Made by a program: the position numbers and the translations under genes. The notes beneath the pieces are model-generated. The model had not been told where the DNA came from. It worked only from the letters and a program-made list of their open reading frames with translations, and ran no database searches. DNA of 64,000 nt from Centroscyllium fabricii (lineage: Eukaryota): contig JBNRSN020000009.1 of assembly GCA_051313645.2 (NCBI GenBank), positions 216,814,001 through 216,878,000 of the forward strand, in the 5' to 3' direction. Positions 49,283 to 63,134 of the stretch are shown one piece after another (within the stretch, counting starts at the first letter, position 1; each line of letters begins with the position of its first letter).

Positions 49283-52082
49283 GTGCCAAGTCCCTCACCT
49301 CCAACAAGTGCAAGGAGCTCATGGACTTCTTGGTCACTAAGATGGAGACCTTCCGATCAGCTGTCTCTGCCGCGTCCCTTCCTTCCCCTAACCCACTGGA
49401 CCAAACTTTCGCTAAGGCTCCCCCCTGCCCTAGCCCTGAACTTGCATCTTTCTCTAGTTTCTCTCCCATCTCCAAACTCATCTTGTCCATGAGATTCACT
49501 TCCTGCTCCCTCAACCCTATTCCCACCAAACTGCTGACCACTCAACTTCCCTTCCTGGCCCCCATGTTCGCGGATATTGTAATGGTTCGCGCTCATCGGG
49601 TACTGTCCCCCTCTCCTTCAGATCAGCAGTCATCACCACTCTCCTCAAAAAAAAACCTAGACTCTTCCATCCTAGCAAATTACCACCCCATCTCCAACCT
49701 TGCTTTCCTCTCCAAAGTCCTTGAACGTGCTGTTGCCTCCCAAATCCGTGACCATCTTTCCCAGAACTCCATGTTTGAATCCCTCCAAATCAGGTTTGAT
49801 CCCCTACCACAGTACCAAAACAGCTCTTATAGAAACATAGAAAATAGGTGCAGGAGAAGACCATTCGGTCCGTCGAGCCTGCACCGCCATTCAATTCGCT
49901 CATGGCTGAACACAAGAACACAAGAACAGAAGACACAAGAACACAGGAACACAAGAACACAAGAACCCCATAAATAGGAGCAGGAGTAGGCCAATCGGCC
50001 CCCCGAGCCCGCCCCCTCACCCATCAAGATCATTGCTGATCCTACCCTAACCTTCGTACCACTATCACCCTTCTCCCACCCAAAGAACCGTGTGATCTCC
50101 TGGGAGAGGCGAAAAACCGGATAAAAACCCAGGTCCAATTTGGGAAAAAAATCCGGGAAATTCCTCTCCGACCCCAATCCAGGCGATCGAAACTTGTCCA
50201 GGAGATCACTCAGGTCTCACTATACTAACCATAACTCAGGTCCACTTCCCTGCCCGCTCCCCGTAACCCCTAATTCCCTTGTCTGCTAAAAAATAGTCTA
50301 TTTCGGTTTTAAATTTATTTAATGTTCCCGCTTCCACAGCTCCCTGAGGCAGTGAATTCCATAGATTAACCACCCTCTGGGTGAAGAAGTTTCTCCTCAT
50401 CTCAGTTTTAAAAGAGCCCCCCCTTATTCTAAGACTATGCCCCCTAGTTCTAGTCTCCCCGATCATTGGAAACATCCTTGGCGCATCCACCCGATCAAGG
50501 CCCCTCACGATCTTATACGTTTCAATAAGATCGCCTCTCATTCTTCTGAACTCTAAAGAGTAGAGTCCCAACCTACTTAACCTTTCCTCATATGTCAACC
50601 CCCTCATCGCTGGAATTAACCGTGTAAACCTTCTCTGCACTGCCTCCAGGGCAAGTACATCCTTTCTTAAGTATGGACACCAAAACTGCACACAGTATTC
50701 CAAATGCGGTCTCACCAATACATCCTATTTGACCGTGACAAAGGTAACGATTCCTCCTCATTCTTCTCGATCTGTCTGCAGCCTTTGACATGGTTGACCA
50801 CTCCATCCTCTTCCAACGCCTCTCCATCGTTGTCCAGTTTGGTGCGACTGCACTCGCCTGGTTCCATTCTTATCTATCCAGTCATAGCCAGAGAACCACC
50901 TGCAATGACTTCCGCACCATTACCTCTGGTGCCCCCCAAGGATCTATCTCTGGCCCCCTCCTATTTCTGATCTACATGCTGCCCATGGCAACATCATCCG
51001 AAAACTCCGCGTCAGTTTCCACATGTACGCTGACGACACCCAGCTCTACCTCACCACCACCTCTCTCGACCCCTCTACAGTCTCTAAATTGTCAAACTTC
51101 TTGTTCAACATCCAGTACTGCATCAGCATAAATTTCTTCCAACTAAATATTGGGAAGACCTAAGCCATTGTCTTTGGTCTCCGCCACAAATTCCGTTCCC
51201 GAGCCACCAACTCCATCCCTCTCCCTGGCAACTGTCTGAGGCTGAACCAGTCTGTTCGCAACCTTGGTGACATATTTGACCCCGAGATGAGCTTCCGACC
51301 ACATATCCGCGCCATCACTAAGATTGTGTATTTCCACCTCCAGAACATTGCCCGACTCTGCTCATCTGCTGCTGAAACCCTCATCTATGCATTTGTCACC
51401 TCTAGACTTGACTATTCCAATGCACTCATGGCTGGCCTCCCACGTTCCACCCTCCGAAAACTTAGTCATCCAAAATTCGGTTGTCTATCCTCACTCACAC
51501 CAGGTCCTGTTCACTCATCACCCCGGTGCTCACTGACCTACATTGGCGCCCGGTTAAGCAACGCCTCAATTTTAAAATTCTCATCCTTGTTTTCAAATCC
51601 CTCCATGGCCTCGCCCCCTCCCTACCTCGGTAATCTCCTGCAGCCATAGAATCTTCTGAGATTTTTAAAAATATTTGTTCCTGGGATGTGGGAGTCGCTG
51701 GCAAGGCCAGCATTTACTGGCCATCCCCAATTACCATTGAGAAGGTGGTGGTGAGCCGCCGCCATGAACCGCTGCAGTCGGTGTGGTGAAAAGATATCTG
51801 TGCTCCTGGCCTCTTGAGCACTCCGATATGAATCGCTCCACCATTGGCGGCTATACCTTCAGCTGCAAAAGCCTCAAACTCAGGAATTCCCTCCCTAAAC
51901 CTCTCCATCTCTCTCTCCTCATTTAAGACGCTCCTTAAAATCTACCTCTGACCAAGCTTTTGGTCACCTGCCCCAATGTAGCTCGGTGTCAAATTTTGTT
52001 TGTTAATGCTCCTGTGAGGCGCCTTGGGACATTTTACTACGTGAAAGGCAGTATATAAATACAAGTTGTTGTTATTGTTGAT
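49283..52082 (+). mobile_element. L2 LINE (degenerate RT to 3' tail) with nested insertions
   Basis: [52 protein letters not shown]; tail tatataaatacaagttgttgtt. Confidence 0.9.
49908..50720 (-). mobile_element. Young CR1 3' fragment nested in L2
   Basis: Intact ORF2 end 50236-50718 (VRPHLEYCVQFW..RGDLIETYKI); octamer (ACACAAGA)n tail at 49908-49966; a second CR1/HE1 tail abuts at 49830-49907. Confidence 0.92.
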
Positions 52083-52794
52083 ACTAAAATATTTGAAGAG
52101 TCATGCACACTAGATCAATCTCCCTTTTCCCCCACAGGGCATTTTGTTTTTGAAAAGCTAGTGTTAACTTCATTTAATAACAGCTTTTCCCTCAAAGCTT
52201 ACAAAACAAATTACAGGAACCAGGATAGCGAAGTGTGAATTTGTCAGATAATCCCGCTTGATCCTATTCAGAATGATATACACTCAAATAATTCAGAACA
52301 ATTAAAAAAATTAGAAAACCACACAATGAAGAGGGGTTAATTTATTTTACTATAATGTATGTTTGCTGTTAACCTGTGCTTGGAACAAGATGCTGTGTGT
52401 GGCACGCTTCACTCTCAGAAGCCTGCCTGAACACTGCTTGGAACTCAGTCTTACTCTGGCAGTCTCTGTCCCCCTCGGAGAGACTTTTAATGTGGCTTTT
52501 TTTCCATTATTTCCTCCTGGAGAGTTTAATAATCTTGGTTCCACATGGTCTGACTGATGGAATGTCAGGAGACTCGAACAAATCCCTCTCGCTCCCCCTT
52601 CCCCTTATTTTTTTCATTTCCTCCCCATTTCAAACAGACTGCCTGGCTCCAGTAGCCTAACACACACTGGCATTCCCTACCCAGCTGCCTTCTTTAATAC
52701 GATCAATGTCAGTAAGGATTAGCTGAGGCCAGGCTTGAGTCAAAGTTAAAAAAAAACTTAATTGTAACCAAGAATATTTAATGGGACTGGAAAC

Positions 52795-52960
52795 AGTGGG
52801 TTTGACACTGCCCTTTCACCTCTAGGATCAAGGTTCAAACACAGCCCATAAGGGGGGTATGAAAGTCTCCACTGACTGAGGTCCAGGTGAAAGGGGTGTG
52901 GGAAGTTGCGTATAGTTCCCAATGGACAGTGGCACATGACAGGACCACATTGAACTTCTA
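52795..52960 (+). mobile_element. LF-SINE-like remnant
   Basis: cactgccctttcacctctagga..ggttcaaa head and agttcccaatggacag..cacat core recall the LF-SINE consensus. Confidence 0.55.
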
Positions 52961-53249
52961 AGGAACAACAGAGGTGGTCAGTGGAAAACAAGAGGTATTT
53001 CTGTACATGGAGCAAAAATTGTAGCCGTGTAAACTAGGATTGTCAAGTCTGGTTGGATGTATCCCAGGGCGTTTTATCACATAATCATCCTCGCCCCACG
53101 CTCCTGCCATTGGTCACCTGACATATTCAACTTAGGGGCGCGTCGCCTTTCCACGCCAATTGGAAAGCCAACAGACTCACTACCCGAAAGGATGATTCTT
53201 GAATGTTCGGCTGCCATTTTCCCCAATCTCCAATATTTTTTAATAACTA

Positions 53250-54112
53250 CAGGTTGAGCACCGGTAATCCGGCACCCGATGGTTCGGCACGAATCGAAAC
53301 CGGCGGTCTGCAGTTTGCGGAGCAGCCGCTGGCCGGCCCACGTGATCCCATGGATGCTCGTGAACCGCCAGCACCCCGCGATACGCGGGCCTCTAGCCGC
53401 CAGCACCCCGCGATACGCGGGCCTCTAGCCGCCAGCACCCTGCGATACGCGGGCCTCTAGCCGCCAGCACCCCGCGATACGCGGGCCTCTAGCCGCCAGC
53501 ACTGGAGAGTCCCAGGACCACAAATCTCCGTACCTCCCGGACCACCAGGTAGGCGGGCAATTTATTTGTGGAAGCCTCTGATCACAAATTCAGCCGCATC
53601 AATTATCTCTGCCATTCCCTCACTCACCGTGCGGGACGACACGGTGGCGCAGTGGTTAGCACTGCTGCCTTGCAATAAGGAGCTCCTGGGTTCGAATCCT
53701 GCTTGGCCCGGGACACCTCTGCGTGGAGTTTGCATGTTCTCCCCATGTTCGTGTGTGTTTCCTCCGGATACTCCGGTTTCCTCCCACCACCCAGACACGC
53801 AGGTTAGGTGAATTGGAGATACTAAAAAAAAAAATTGCCCATGAGTATGTGTGTGAGATAGAGTTGGGGGTGTCGGGGGCTATGGGGAGAGGTTAGGAGG
53901 AGGGTGCTGGGTTTGGATGATCAGCCATGATCTCTTCAAAATGGCGGAGCAGGCTCGAAGGGCTGAATGGCCTACTCCTGCTCCTATCTTCTGTGTTTCT
54001 GTGTTTCAAGGTAGCTCTGCTAATCAGTAAGTTTTCGATCCCTTCTTCAACCTTCAGTGGTTCGGAATTTTCAGTGGTCCCGAGGGTACCGGGTTACCCG
54101 GTGCTCAACCTG
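53250..54112. mobile_element. pogo/Tigger-like MITE with an internal 32-bp tandem repeat and an HE1 insertion
   Basis: TA|caggttgagcaccgg ... ccggtgctcaacctg|TA; ccgccagcaccccgcgatacgcgggcctctag about 4 times at 53365-53501. Confidence 0.85.
53633..54007 (+). mobile_element. HE1-type V-SINE, full length
   Basis: A box tggcgcagtgg, B box ggttcgaatcc, V domain, CR1 tail. Confidence 0.9.
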
Positions 54113-54419
54113 TACTAAATAAAAGCGACTGAGCAAAAAGAAAGATAAAAAATCCACTTTTTTTTTTTAAAACGCGCCTATGATTTTTCTCATGGGATGC
54201 TTGTAACAGATTCTTTAATTCAAGCGTTAATTCCTGGAGACTCCAGGACAATTCTGAAGGGTTGGCAGCCCTAGCGTAAACCTGTGGAATTCTCCGGTTT
54301 CTCTGACCATCCAGTTACAGAAGGGGGCCAGGAACAGGGGTCTTGAACATTCTTGGTCGGCAAAGGCTGACTGGCTGTGACGAAAAAATTTCAAGTTGTG
54401 ATCTACATGCTTATTATAA

Positions 54420-54716
54420 CGTGGGTTTCCTCCGGGTGCTCCGGTTTCCTCCCATAGTCCAAAGATGTGCGGGTTAGCTTGATTGGCCATGATAAAAAAA
54501 AATTGACCCTTAGTGTAAGGGGGATTGAATATGTGGGGTTACGGGGATAGGGTGGGATATGTGTCGGTGCAGGCTCGATAGGGATCGAGGGATATGGGGA
54601 GAGGGCAGGGACGGGGTGCTGGGTTTGGATGATCAGCCATGATCTCATTGAATGGCGGAGCAGGCTCGAAGGGCCGAATGGCCGACTCCTGCTCCTATCT
54701 TCTATGTTTCTATGTT
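54420..54716 (+). mobile_element. HE1-type V-SINE, 5'-truncated
   Basis: Closely similar to 18685-18965. Confidence 0.9.
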
Positions 54717-55873
54717 TTCCATCCCTCCTAGCAGTTAATTTCCGGGCTTTGCCATGCAGGCCCTGGCAGCAGGTCCCTACCCCTGCACCTTCCAGATGTT
54801 GCTGATGCAGAAAAATTGAGAAAGAGGAAAGGGATAAGCTGGGAATGAACCATAGCACTTATGCAGACAGTAGATGTAAAGTGGAATCTGACACGACAGA
54901 AAACTTTACTAAGACAGAACTCGACACATTAACTCTAAAGTGGTGGAAGCGGATTCCACTGTACTTGTGAACATGATCTAAAAATATATTGAGGATAATT
55001 GAGTTAATAGATTCTCATGGGAGTTAGGATGAGAGTGTAGAGGTCTTGGCTGAGGATGGCAGTCCACGGTTGAGGTCATGCATGGAGTGTGAAAGGAGTT
55101 TGTCTGATGGGTCGAATGGCCTTTTGGTGCTCCACGTTTTCTGCCGTTCCTATTTGCCACACACAGTTCTCCTCTATATTGCACTGGTGCACGAGATTAA
55201 AGGGGACATGATTCAGGTTTAAAGAATAACATGGATGGGAGTTATTTATCTTGGACAAGTCTGTTATCACGAGCATAAAGTTAACGAGCCTCAAACAAGA
55301 CTGAAGATTAGCAAATATAAAATTCCCAATGAGCAGTAGATCCATGGAATAGGATTACAGCAAAAGCAGTTAATTCTGTGTTGATTAACAGCTTAAAAAA
55401 AAGCCTGGATCAGGAAGGTTTCAGAATAAATCACTTGGCCCAGGAGGTATTGCAGCTTTTGTTTTGAGGGCTGCGTAGGTGCGTACCAAAGAGCATCGGG
55501 GCCACATATTTAAATCAATTTTCCTACTCATTTGCATATATCCCAAATTGCTTATACTAATGGTTTCTGGTGTTCTAACTTTAGATATATCCACCAAAGA
55601 GGCAACAGCCCTTTCCAAACCCACAAAATTCAAACAGGCCAAACAAGCGGGCAGAAACAGAAGGGGAATTTTTTTGTTTTGCCTTCCCAGCATAGAGCAA
55701 CACATGCTGGGAGCACGTACATGAACGTTAAATCCAGAACAGATAGCTCACCATTTATGCGGGCCACCTGACTTTCTGTTCATTACGGATGGAAAATTGG
55801 GTGGGCTGTGTAATGTGCAATATTCCAATATGCAGTCCTGGTGCGTGATGGGCAAAAGTGGAAAGTTATCTCC

Positions 55874-56234
55874 AGAAACATAGAAGATAGGAGCAGGAGT
55901 AGTCCATTCGGCCCTTCGAGCCTGCTCCGCCATTCAATGAGATCATGGCTGATCATCCAAACTCAGTACCCTATCCCTGCCTTCGACCCATATCCCTCGA
56001 TCCCTATCGAGCCTGCACCGACACATATCCCACCCCATCGCCGTAACCCCACATATTCAATCCCCCTAACACTAAGGGTTAATTTATTATGGCCAATCAA
56101 CCTAACCCGCACATCTTTGGACTGTGGGAGGAAACCGGAGCACCCGGAGGAAACCCACGCAGACACGGGGAGAATGTGCAAACTCCACACAGATAGTACC
56201 CGAGGCTGGATTTGAACCCGGGTCTCCAGTGCTG
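55874..56234 (-). mobile_element. HE1-type V-SINE
   Basis: Reverse complement of 18612-18965. Confidence 0.9.
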
Positions 56235-58448
56235 AAGTACTCCAGAAGCTCAAACAGAAGTAACTTGCCTGGGCTCAGGGGCTGCACATGGCCCGTAGGC
56301 TGCAGATTTGACTGCCTTAGCCTATGCCATTAGCGGATCTCAGCTGGTCTAGTGGTGCTGTGCTACAACTGGTCTTCACTTGTTAACTAATCCCTGCTGG
56401 AACATGTGCAGGAATTTACAGAATTGGACTTGGCTCTTCATATCCACTGTGGTCAAATAAAGCGCCAGCATTTACTGCCTAGGTTCACAATGAAGAATGG
56501 CTGCTTGGGTAAGGTACTGGATCCTCAGAAAAAGGAATTTCATATTAATGTCAATGCTTTAGTTAACTGTATAGGGTTTATTCAGCGATCCTTTGCTCTG
56601 AACCTCACTTTAGAACAGTGTGGGTGGGCAAATTGATATGACAGCATTGTAGCTCTATCTCTGCCCTGTGCTCCCACCTAACAAAACTCCATGCAGGGAG
56701 TGCAGGATGGTTAATTTTACCCTCAAGCGCCATACAACTCCAAGTGGCCAGTTACTTAGCTATACCAACAGATATCTGCATGTCCTCAACAGTAATGGGA
56801 AGGGAAAGTGAGCTACCCTATCTCTGTTATTAGTAATAAATCAGTGCAGTCCTTGTAATTCAGAGATCTTGGATATCAATGCTGTAACTACAAACGCAGA
56901 GGGAAGCAACATCATGGAGACATGGAGAGAGGAAATATTAAGATGTATTGAGAGATCGACAGGCTCGGCCAATTGGCTCAGCTGTTTTTAGTTTCTGCTG
57001 ATCCCACTTCACTTTCCAGTCTGTGTATAACTTATGTAATGTTGCATGAAGTCCCATTTCCTGAAAATGGAAGTTGCAATTCCCAGTCGAACTCACTGCT
57101 GTGAGATACTCTCGTTCATGGCAATTTTCATTGACCAGCTCAAGATGTAGATTATGAAATGTCGAGGAACCCTCAGGGTAAATTACTGCTTCCCTTGCTC
57201 TGCCTCAGTTTTTTAAAAATGATTAAAATCTATTTTCTTCTCCTAGCTCAGCGCCATGCTCCAGAGAGAGCACATGGACTGTTCCCAAGCCAACAGTGGT
57301 CTGGCACCAGCTGTGTGGAGGTATGTGACAGAGGTCCTGGGGTATATAATTCACACTCCAATCTTTGCTCTCTCCAGTATGAAGTCTGGTCATGCCACGG
57401 ATTAAGATGCACTCCAATGGCACTGGAGGTATGCGTTTATGTCTCAAGGGTAAGAAAAGACCATCGCCCAAAGTTTCTTTCCAAGGAACCAATGTGGTGT
57501 GACTCCATTGCATGGCTACTGGATTAATGTTCATAAGACAATGATTCCTAGAGAACTTTCTTTTTCATTCAACTGGTTTCAACTAATATCCTTCATTATT
57601 TGGGAGATAATAGCTAAACTAGGATCCAAACCCTTGCAAAATTAAAGGTCATCCAATGGTTATAACCTTCATAAAGGGCAGCAGTGAAGCTATTCTTGTT
57701 TCCCTTCACATATTAGGAAAACTACCCGAAAATTCATGGCACACCAAGCTCCCCATTACCCAAGATGCCAGTCAAACAATCTTTAACCGCAGAACCGGAG
57801 GAAGCCAACTCCTTCACGCAACTTGGCCCACCTCCAATATTACGGTCTTAAAGAGGTACACCTTCTATTGATGGAGCCTAACCAAAAGAAGCCCCTTCTT
57901 CAGGAAAGACTTCACCCACTGAAGCTCCCGCCTTCTTCAGGGAACCTCACAGTTAGAAGCCCCTTAACATTCTCTCCTTTGTTCCCCAATTCAAAACAAT
58001 TAAACTTTAATGTACAGACAACAACAAAAAGTCCAGAAATTACTGGGACCAATATTAGCAGAAGAACACAACATTCTTCTATCTGCTATTTTAGCTGAGC
58101 GGTTAACTTAATTAAAATAAACAGTAGCCTGTATTAAAACAGCAGACTAACTAATATTATATGAACGCATTAGCGCCAACTGTAATTCCCAGTGTGTGAT
58201 TTGAGTTCTTTGTGGGTGCTGAGATGCCACTATCAAAATATGTAATATCCATGAGTGTCACTTATTAAAGATGGTGCTCTCCAAGAGACTCCCTCGCCCT
58301 CTAACAAGGAAACTAATCCATGAAACCCTGCCCTGCTCTTGGGAACAAGAGAACCCTTGCTGTAGGAACAGGAACCAAGAAACCCTCCTCCCTAGAGTAC
58401 TGGCTCGAGAGGGCCTCGAGAGGCCTTAGGATCAGAAGGTTCCGAGAA

Positions 58449-58879
58449 TGTGTCAGCTGTGGCTCAGTTGGTAGCACTCTCGCCTTTTAGTCAGAGGGTT
58501 GTGGGTTCAAATCCCACTCCAGGGACTTGAGCACATAAAGCTAGGCGGACACTCCAGTGCAGTGCTGAAGGAGTGCTGCACTGTCGTGGGTGCCGTCTTT
58601 TGGATCTCTCAGATGGACATAAAAAATCCTCCTCGAAGAGGAGCAGGGAAGCTATATTTATCCTGGCCAATATTTATCCCTCAACCAACATAAAAAAATT
58701 GATTATCTGGTCATTAGCACATTGCTGTTTGTGGGACCTTGCTGTGCACAAATTGGCTGCCGCGTTTCACCACATTACAACAGTGACTCCACTTCAAAAG
58801 TACTTAATTGGCTGCAAAGCGCTTTGAGACGTCCGGTGGTCGCGAAAGGCGCTATATAAATGCAAGTCTTTCTTTCTTT
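58449..58879 (+). mobile_element. DeuSINE (SacSINE1-like), near full length
   Basis: tRNA head (tggctcagttgg, ggttcaaatcc), Deu-like core, L2-like tail aaaggcgctatataaatgcaagtctttctttc. Confidence 0.82.
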
Positions 58880-60500
58880 AGTTTGGGTTTCGGTAGGTTA
58901 GGTTCCCCCACACCAGCTATTTAGTTCAGCATAGGTGAAGCACCAGAAACATGATGGTAGGGCACTGCAGACCTGCCCACATGCACGAGTCACCTAGATG
59001 CCTTTACTCAAATCCATCATTCGGGACAATACATTGGAATAAAACTACCCGATTGTGATTCTCAAACTTTTGAGGATAGGCTGCACCAAAAACTAGTGGT
59101 AGGTCTGCAAAGAAAGTGACTCCTCTCTCCTCCAATTCCCATGTTACACTCTGTTCCTTCACTCTTGTTTTATTTTCTCTCTCACTTCACTTGATATCGC
59201 TCCTCCACTTTTTTCTAATTTTCCTCCATTTTTCTCTTTTTACTGTCCCTTTGTCCTTATTCACTTCTTCCTCCTGTAATTCCATCTCTTTACTTGGTGT
59301 TTCTTCCTCCTCTACTTTCATTAAGATGCTAATTCATGTCGTTCCTCCCCTTCCTCTCTTCTTTTGTATTGCCTCTGCAAGTTTTCTTTTCTGTTCATAT
59401 GGCAGCACTGACACTATAGAGGGGGGGGGGGGGGGGAACAGCCTGGAAGAGGAAACCAGGGAGCAGGACTTTACACAGAGCCAAGGGGGGGACTGCTGAA
59501 ATAAAAACTGACATGCACGTACAGAATGGCTGCAGCTTCAGAACAGACACTGCACTTCAAAGTGTAATTCATTATGTGAAACCCTTTGACGCGTTTCAAA
59601 GAAGTGATAAAATGCTGTATAAATATACTACTCTCATCCTCCCCAACAAATCTGAGATGCACTAGTGTCTGTCAGAAGTACACCTTCAGGGATAGGGATT
59701 AGAAGCAGATGAATGATCCCTCTGGGTTGGTAAGATACTGAGATGTGGAGTTTCAAGGGTTAAATACTGATCGTGCACCACAGAAACCAGACTCAAACCA
59801 ATAAAACCACTGAATGAGATTAAGGTTCCCACACAACCAGCTGACAAAGCAGCACTTCCTGCCACAACCCTTTCCAATTCAAAATAAACAGTTTCTCACC
59901 TCCAGGCTCAGCTGTCTGCCCACAGCCTTTTGGTAGGTGACTCGCTGCTTTAACTACTACCACTCTGAGGGCACAGAGTATCCCTTCTTGTCTGTTTCTT
60001 TCCCATTCTGTTTCCTGTCATTTTGTTTGTTACCCAAGAGATTGAGCAGCCCAAATTAAATCCTTGTTAATATTAGCATTTAGAGCAATGTTTCATATTA
60101 CTTTAGAGTGCCTGACATTTCCTAATGAATGTCAGTTACCCAATTAATTTCTTAATTCGTTTTCTTGAGTTTCAAACTCAGCAGCAACTAGCCCATCAAG
60201 GACTGTGGGGGCTCTCAGGACACAGGCCCCACAGCTTGCTTTATTAAAACTTTAATTGGAATTTGGTGTCTCTGGGATTATTTAATATATCAGCACCAAT
60301 CACTCGGGGTGGGGGTGGGGGGGGGGGGGGGGGGGGGAGAGAAGAGAGGGGGAGTGGAAGGGAATCACATGTCCTATTACACTTTAACGATGTTCAATAT
60401 AGTTCTTGTGTGATACTTTTAATTCATCATCTGAAATTGCTCCCAGCACTGTCACCATCGGTGACAAGCTCCTAACCACCAATACTTCCTCCCAGTGTTA

Positions 60501-61260
60501 AGGGGCTGTCACACCTTGACGTTTTAGCCAGCGTATGCAAATTTGGCTAAAACGCTGGTTTACGTCGGATATGTTATGGGTACGTTTTGTATACGTTATG
60601 AGCACGCTGGCATACGCTGGCCATACGTTGCATACGTCATTGTACTTCGAGTAAGTCGAGATTTTTTGAGCATGCACAAAAAATCTCGACATATCTAGCG
60701 TATGATTCACACGTTCCGCATACGCTGGCCATACGTTGTAGGCACGTTAGGCGATCGTTGACACACGTTACTTGTAAGTTAGTCATACGTCAAAATACGT
60801 CGAGATAATGTCTAGCGTACCCGGAACTTATGTCTAACCTATGAGTAACGTGCTTTGAACCTATGTGTAACGTATCTCCAACGCATATTGACGTATTTGA
60901 CGTCTTCCGGACGACCACAGAACTTATGCCCCTGTCATGCCCTGTCACACCTTGACGATTTAGCTAGCGTATGCCGACGTATCAAAATTTATCTAAAGCG
61001 TCGGCGATACGCTGCCGCGCGCTATGCATACGTTAGACTATCGTTGGGCATAAGTTGTGAACGCCGACAACACGCTAAGCATTCGTTGGTATAAGTTATC
61101 TGTAACTTATCGAAACGTTCTGTGTACGTTACTAATACGTATGCATACGTCCAATACGTTATGAATACGCTATTATACGCCCAAAACTGAAAAAAAGGTC
61201 GAAAGTTCAGCGTTTTAGCCAAATTTGCATACGCTGGCTAAAACGTCAAGGACAGGGCCT
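60501..61260. mobile_element. PIF/Harbinger-like MITE with long TIRs and an internal TIR copy
   Basis: ccttgacgttttagccagcgtatgcaaatttggctaaaacgctg is inverted perfectly at 61208-61251; terminus-like gccctgtcacaccttgacg repeated near 60939; TSD not clean. Confidence 0.78.
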
Positions 61261-62883
61261 TTCCACAGAATGCTCTCGTCAGGTTTTTTTCATTCAAAAT
61301 GATATAGTCTGGAAAGCACTGAGCGATGCCATTGCACAACATTTACTGCACTCATATCAAAATCCTCTCTATTAAACGTAAACCAAATGGGTCGGCATCT
61401 CAAAATATTGGAGAGGGGGATTTGATATGAGGGAGGTGAACTTTTGTAACGCCGTTCAGTGACCTATAGACTCATCGTTGTACTGCTGGGTGTTTTTCAT
61501 AGTTCAAGTGGACACAATTGGGGTAATTCTGCGAGTCTGTGCTGCCGGTGCAAAGCCTCACTTGTCCGTATTGAGAAATTGCAGGAGTGCTGGCAACGAT
61601 TTTGATATACGCGCTCGGCATGCAAGGCTCCCCCCACTGGTAGTGTGAAATAGGAAAAAAAAAAATCAGAGTATAAAAATACCCACTGCTGCACTTGACT
61701 GAAACTTCAGTGTCAATGCTGGCATTTATTCCCAGTGTCCAGTGATTTCTGAAATGTATTAAACATCCCTGGAATTGTTTCCTTCCTCTGCACAGCACTT
61801 TTCCCCCTTATCCGTTTTTGGGGAGCCCCTGAAAAGACGGGCGATTTGTCCATAAGGCTCTGTCACTGCCGTTCGTGAGGTTATTGGTGTGGCTCTTGCT
61901 ACACTGGCGCTTGGTCCAAACGGATTCCTCTTTATATTTTATTTTTCTTCCAAATATTCTCCTCACCTCTCCTAAAGCTGATGACTTCTTGCTGGTGATA
62001 TTTGCTGTCTAAGCTGACGTAGAACTATCAACAGGCTTTTGATGGTGGAAGGTTGTCAAAGTCAACCCAATCCTATCCTATCCTAGCCTGATGATCACAC
62101 ATGCATATTTCCAGGAAGGGCCCCTAGATAGTGATCAGGAAAGGGAACCTCAGGCAAATATCTCCTCCCTAACCAAAAGGTCACCGAGGTCAACCGTAGT
62201 GCCCCCCTCTAATGCAACACTCAACCAAGCACAGGCTAAGGGTGGAACTTGGGACCATCCTACTTTGTTAGACTCAGTACAGTCAGACTTGGTGAACAAC
62301 TGCGTAAAATAGCAGTAGACCTAGGTGGCAGCAGAACAGCCTGTGATTCAGTGATGTAGGATGTGAAATAGTCACAGAGTGAGTTCCCACCATGCAATCA
62401 GTGTTTGTTAGCTGCAAACTGTTTTTACAGAATTGGCCAGCTGGCATGCAAAATTTTTATATTCTGGCTGATTTTCCTGGTCCACACTACCAGTTGCGAG
62501 CCTTACCTGCTGGGCACATAGATCAGAGAATTGCAGACGGCACACCTGCAATATGCGTGACCAGTGGGCGAGGTTTCCCGCAGGCAGTCCAAACTCTGAA
62601 AATTACACCAATGTCCACTTGAACTGCAAAAAGCACTCAGCCGTACAGCTATGACCTCTCAAATCACTGGCCTGCTGGCATGGTACCCTATCACAGGGGA
62701 GTGGCACACTACCAGGAAATGGATATCAACAATGCACACCAACCATACATGTTGGGGGTTTGCAATATTTGCATAACTTATATAGCCACTGGTAATACCA
62801 TGCTAATGAAATGCAGTTTCACTATTACCAACTGTCCTACCCTGCGATAGCAGCAGCTGGCATATGAGCACAGAGCTGTCATA

Positions 62884-63134
62884 GAGGGTTGGCAACTCTG
62901 GTTAGACATATTCTTGAAGGTTTCATCACCTCCTCACCCCAAACAGCCTCCCCCCCCACCCCCAAATCTCCAATATTTTTATAACTAATAAACAAATGTG
63001 TTTGAAGAAAATGAAAAAAACCCACTTTTTAATGCCCCCATGAGTTTTCTCAAGGGGTACTAGCAGCAGTGTCCAGCAGATTTATTTTTAATTCCTGGAA
63101 ACTATAAAACAATCCTGGAGGGTTGGCAACCCTA
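62884..63134. mobile_element. hAT MITE (TAGGGTTGCCA-type)
   Basis: agggttggcaactctgg ... ggagggttggcaacccta; interior matches the outer parts of 53035-54273. Confidence 0.7.

Larger units (their letters stand above)
53035..54273. mobile_element. hAT MITE (TAGGGTTGCCA-type) carrying nested elements
   Basis: Ends taggattgtcaa / ttggcagcccta; 8-bp TSD gtgtaaac / gcgtaaac; uninterrupted relative at 62884-63134. Confidence 0.8.

Noticed and set aside
59116-59499. Hydrophobic 127-aa ORF
   Set aside because: Product of a low-complexity pyrimidine tract
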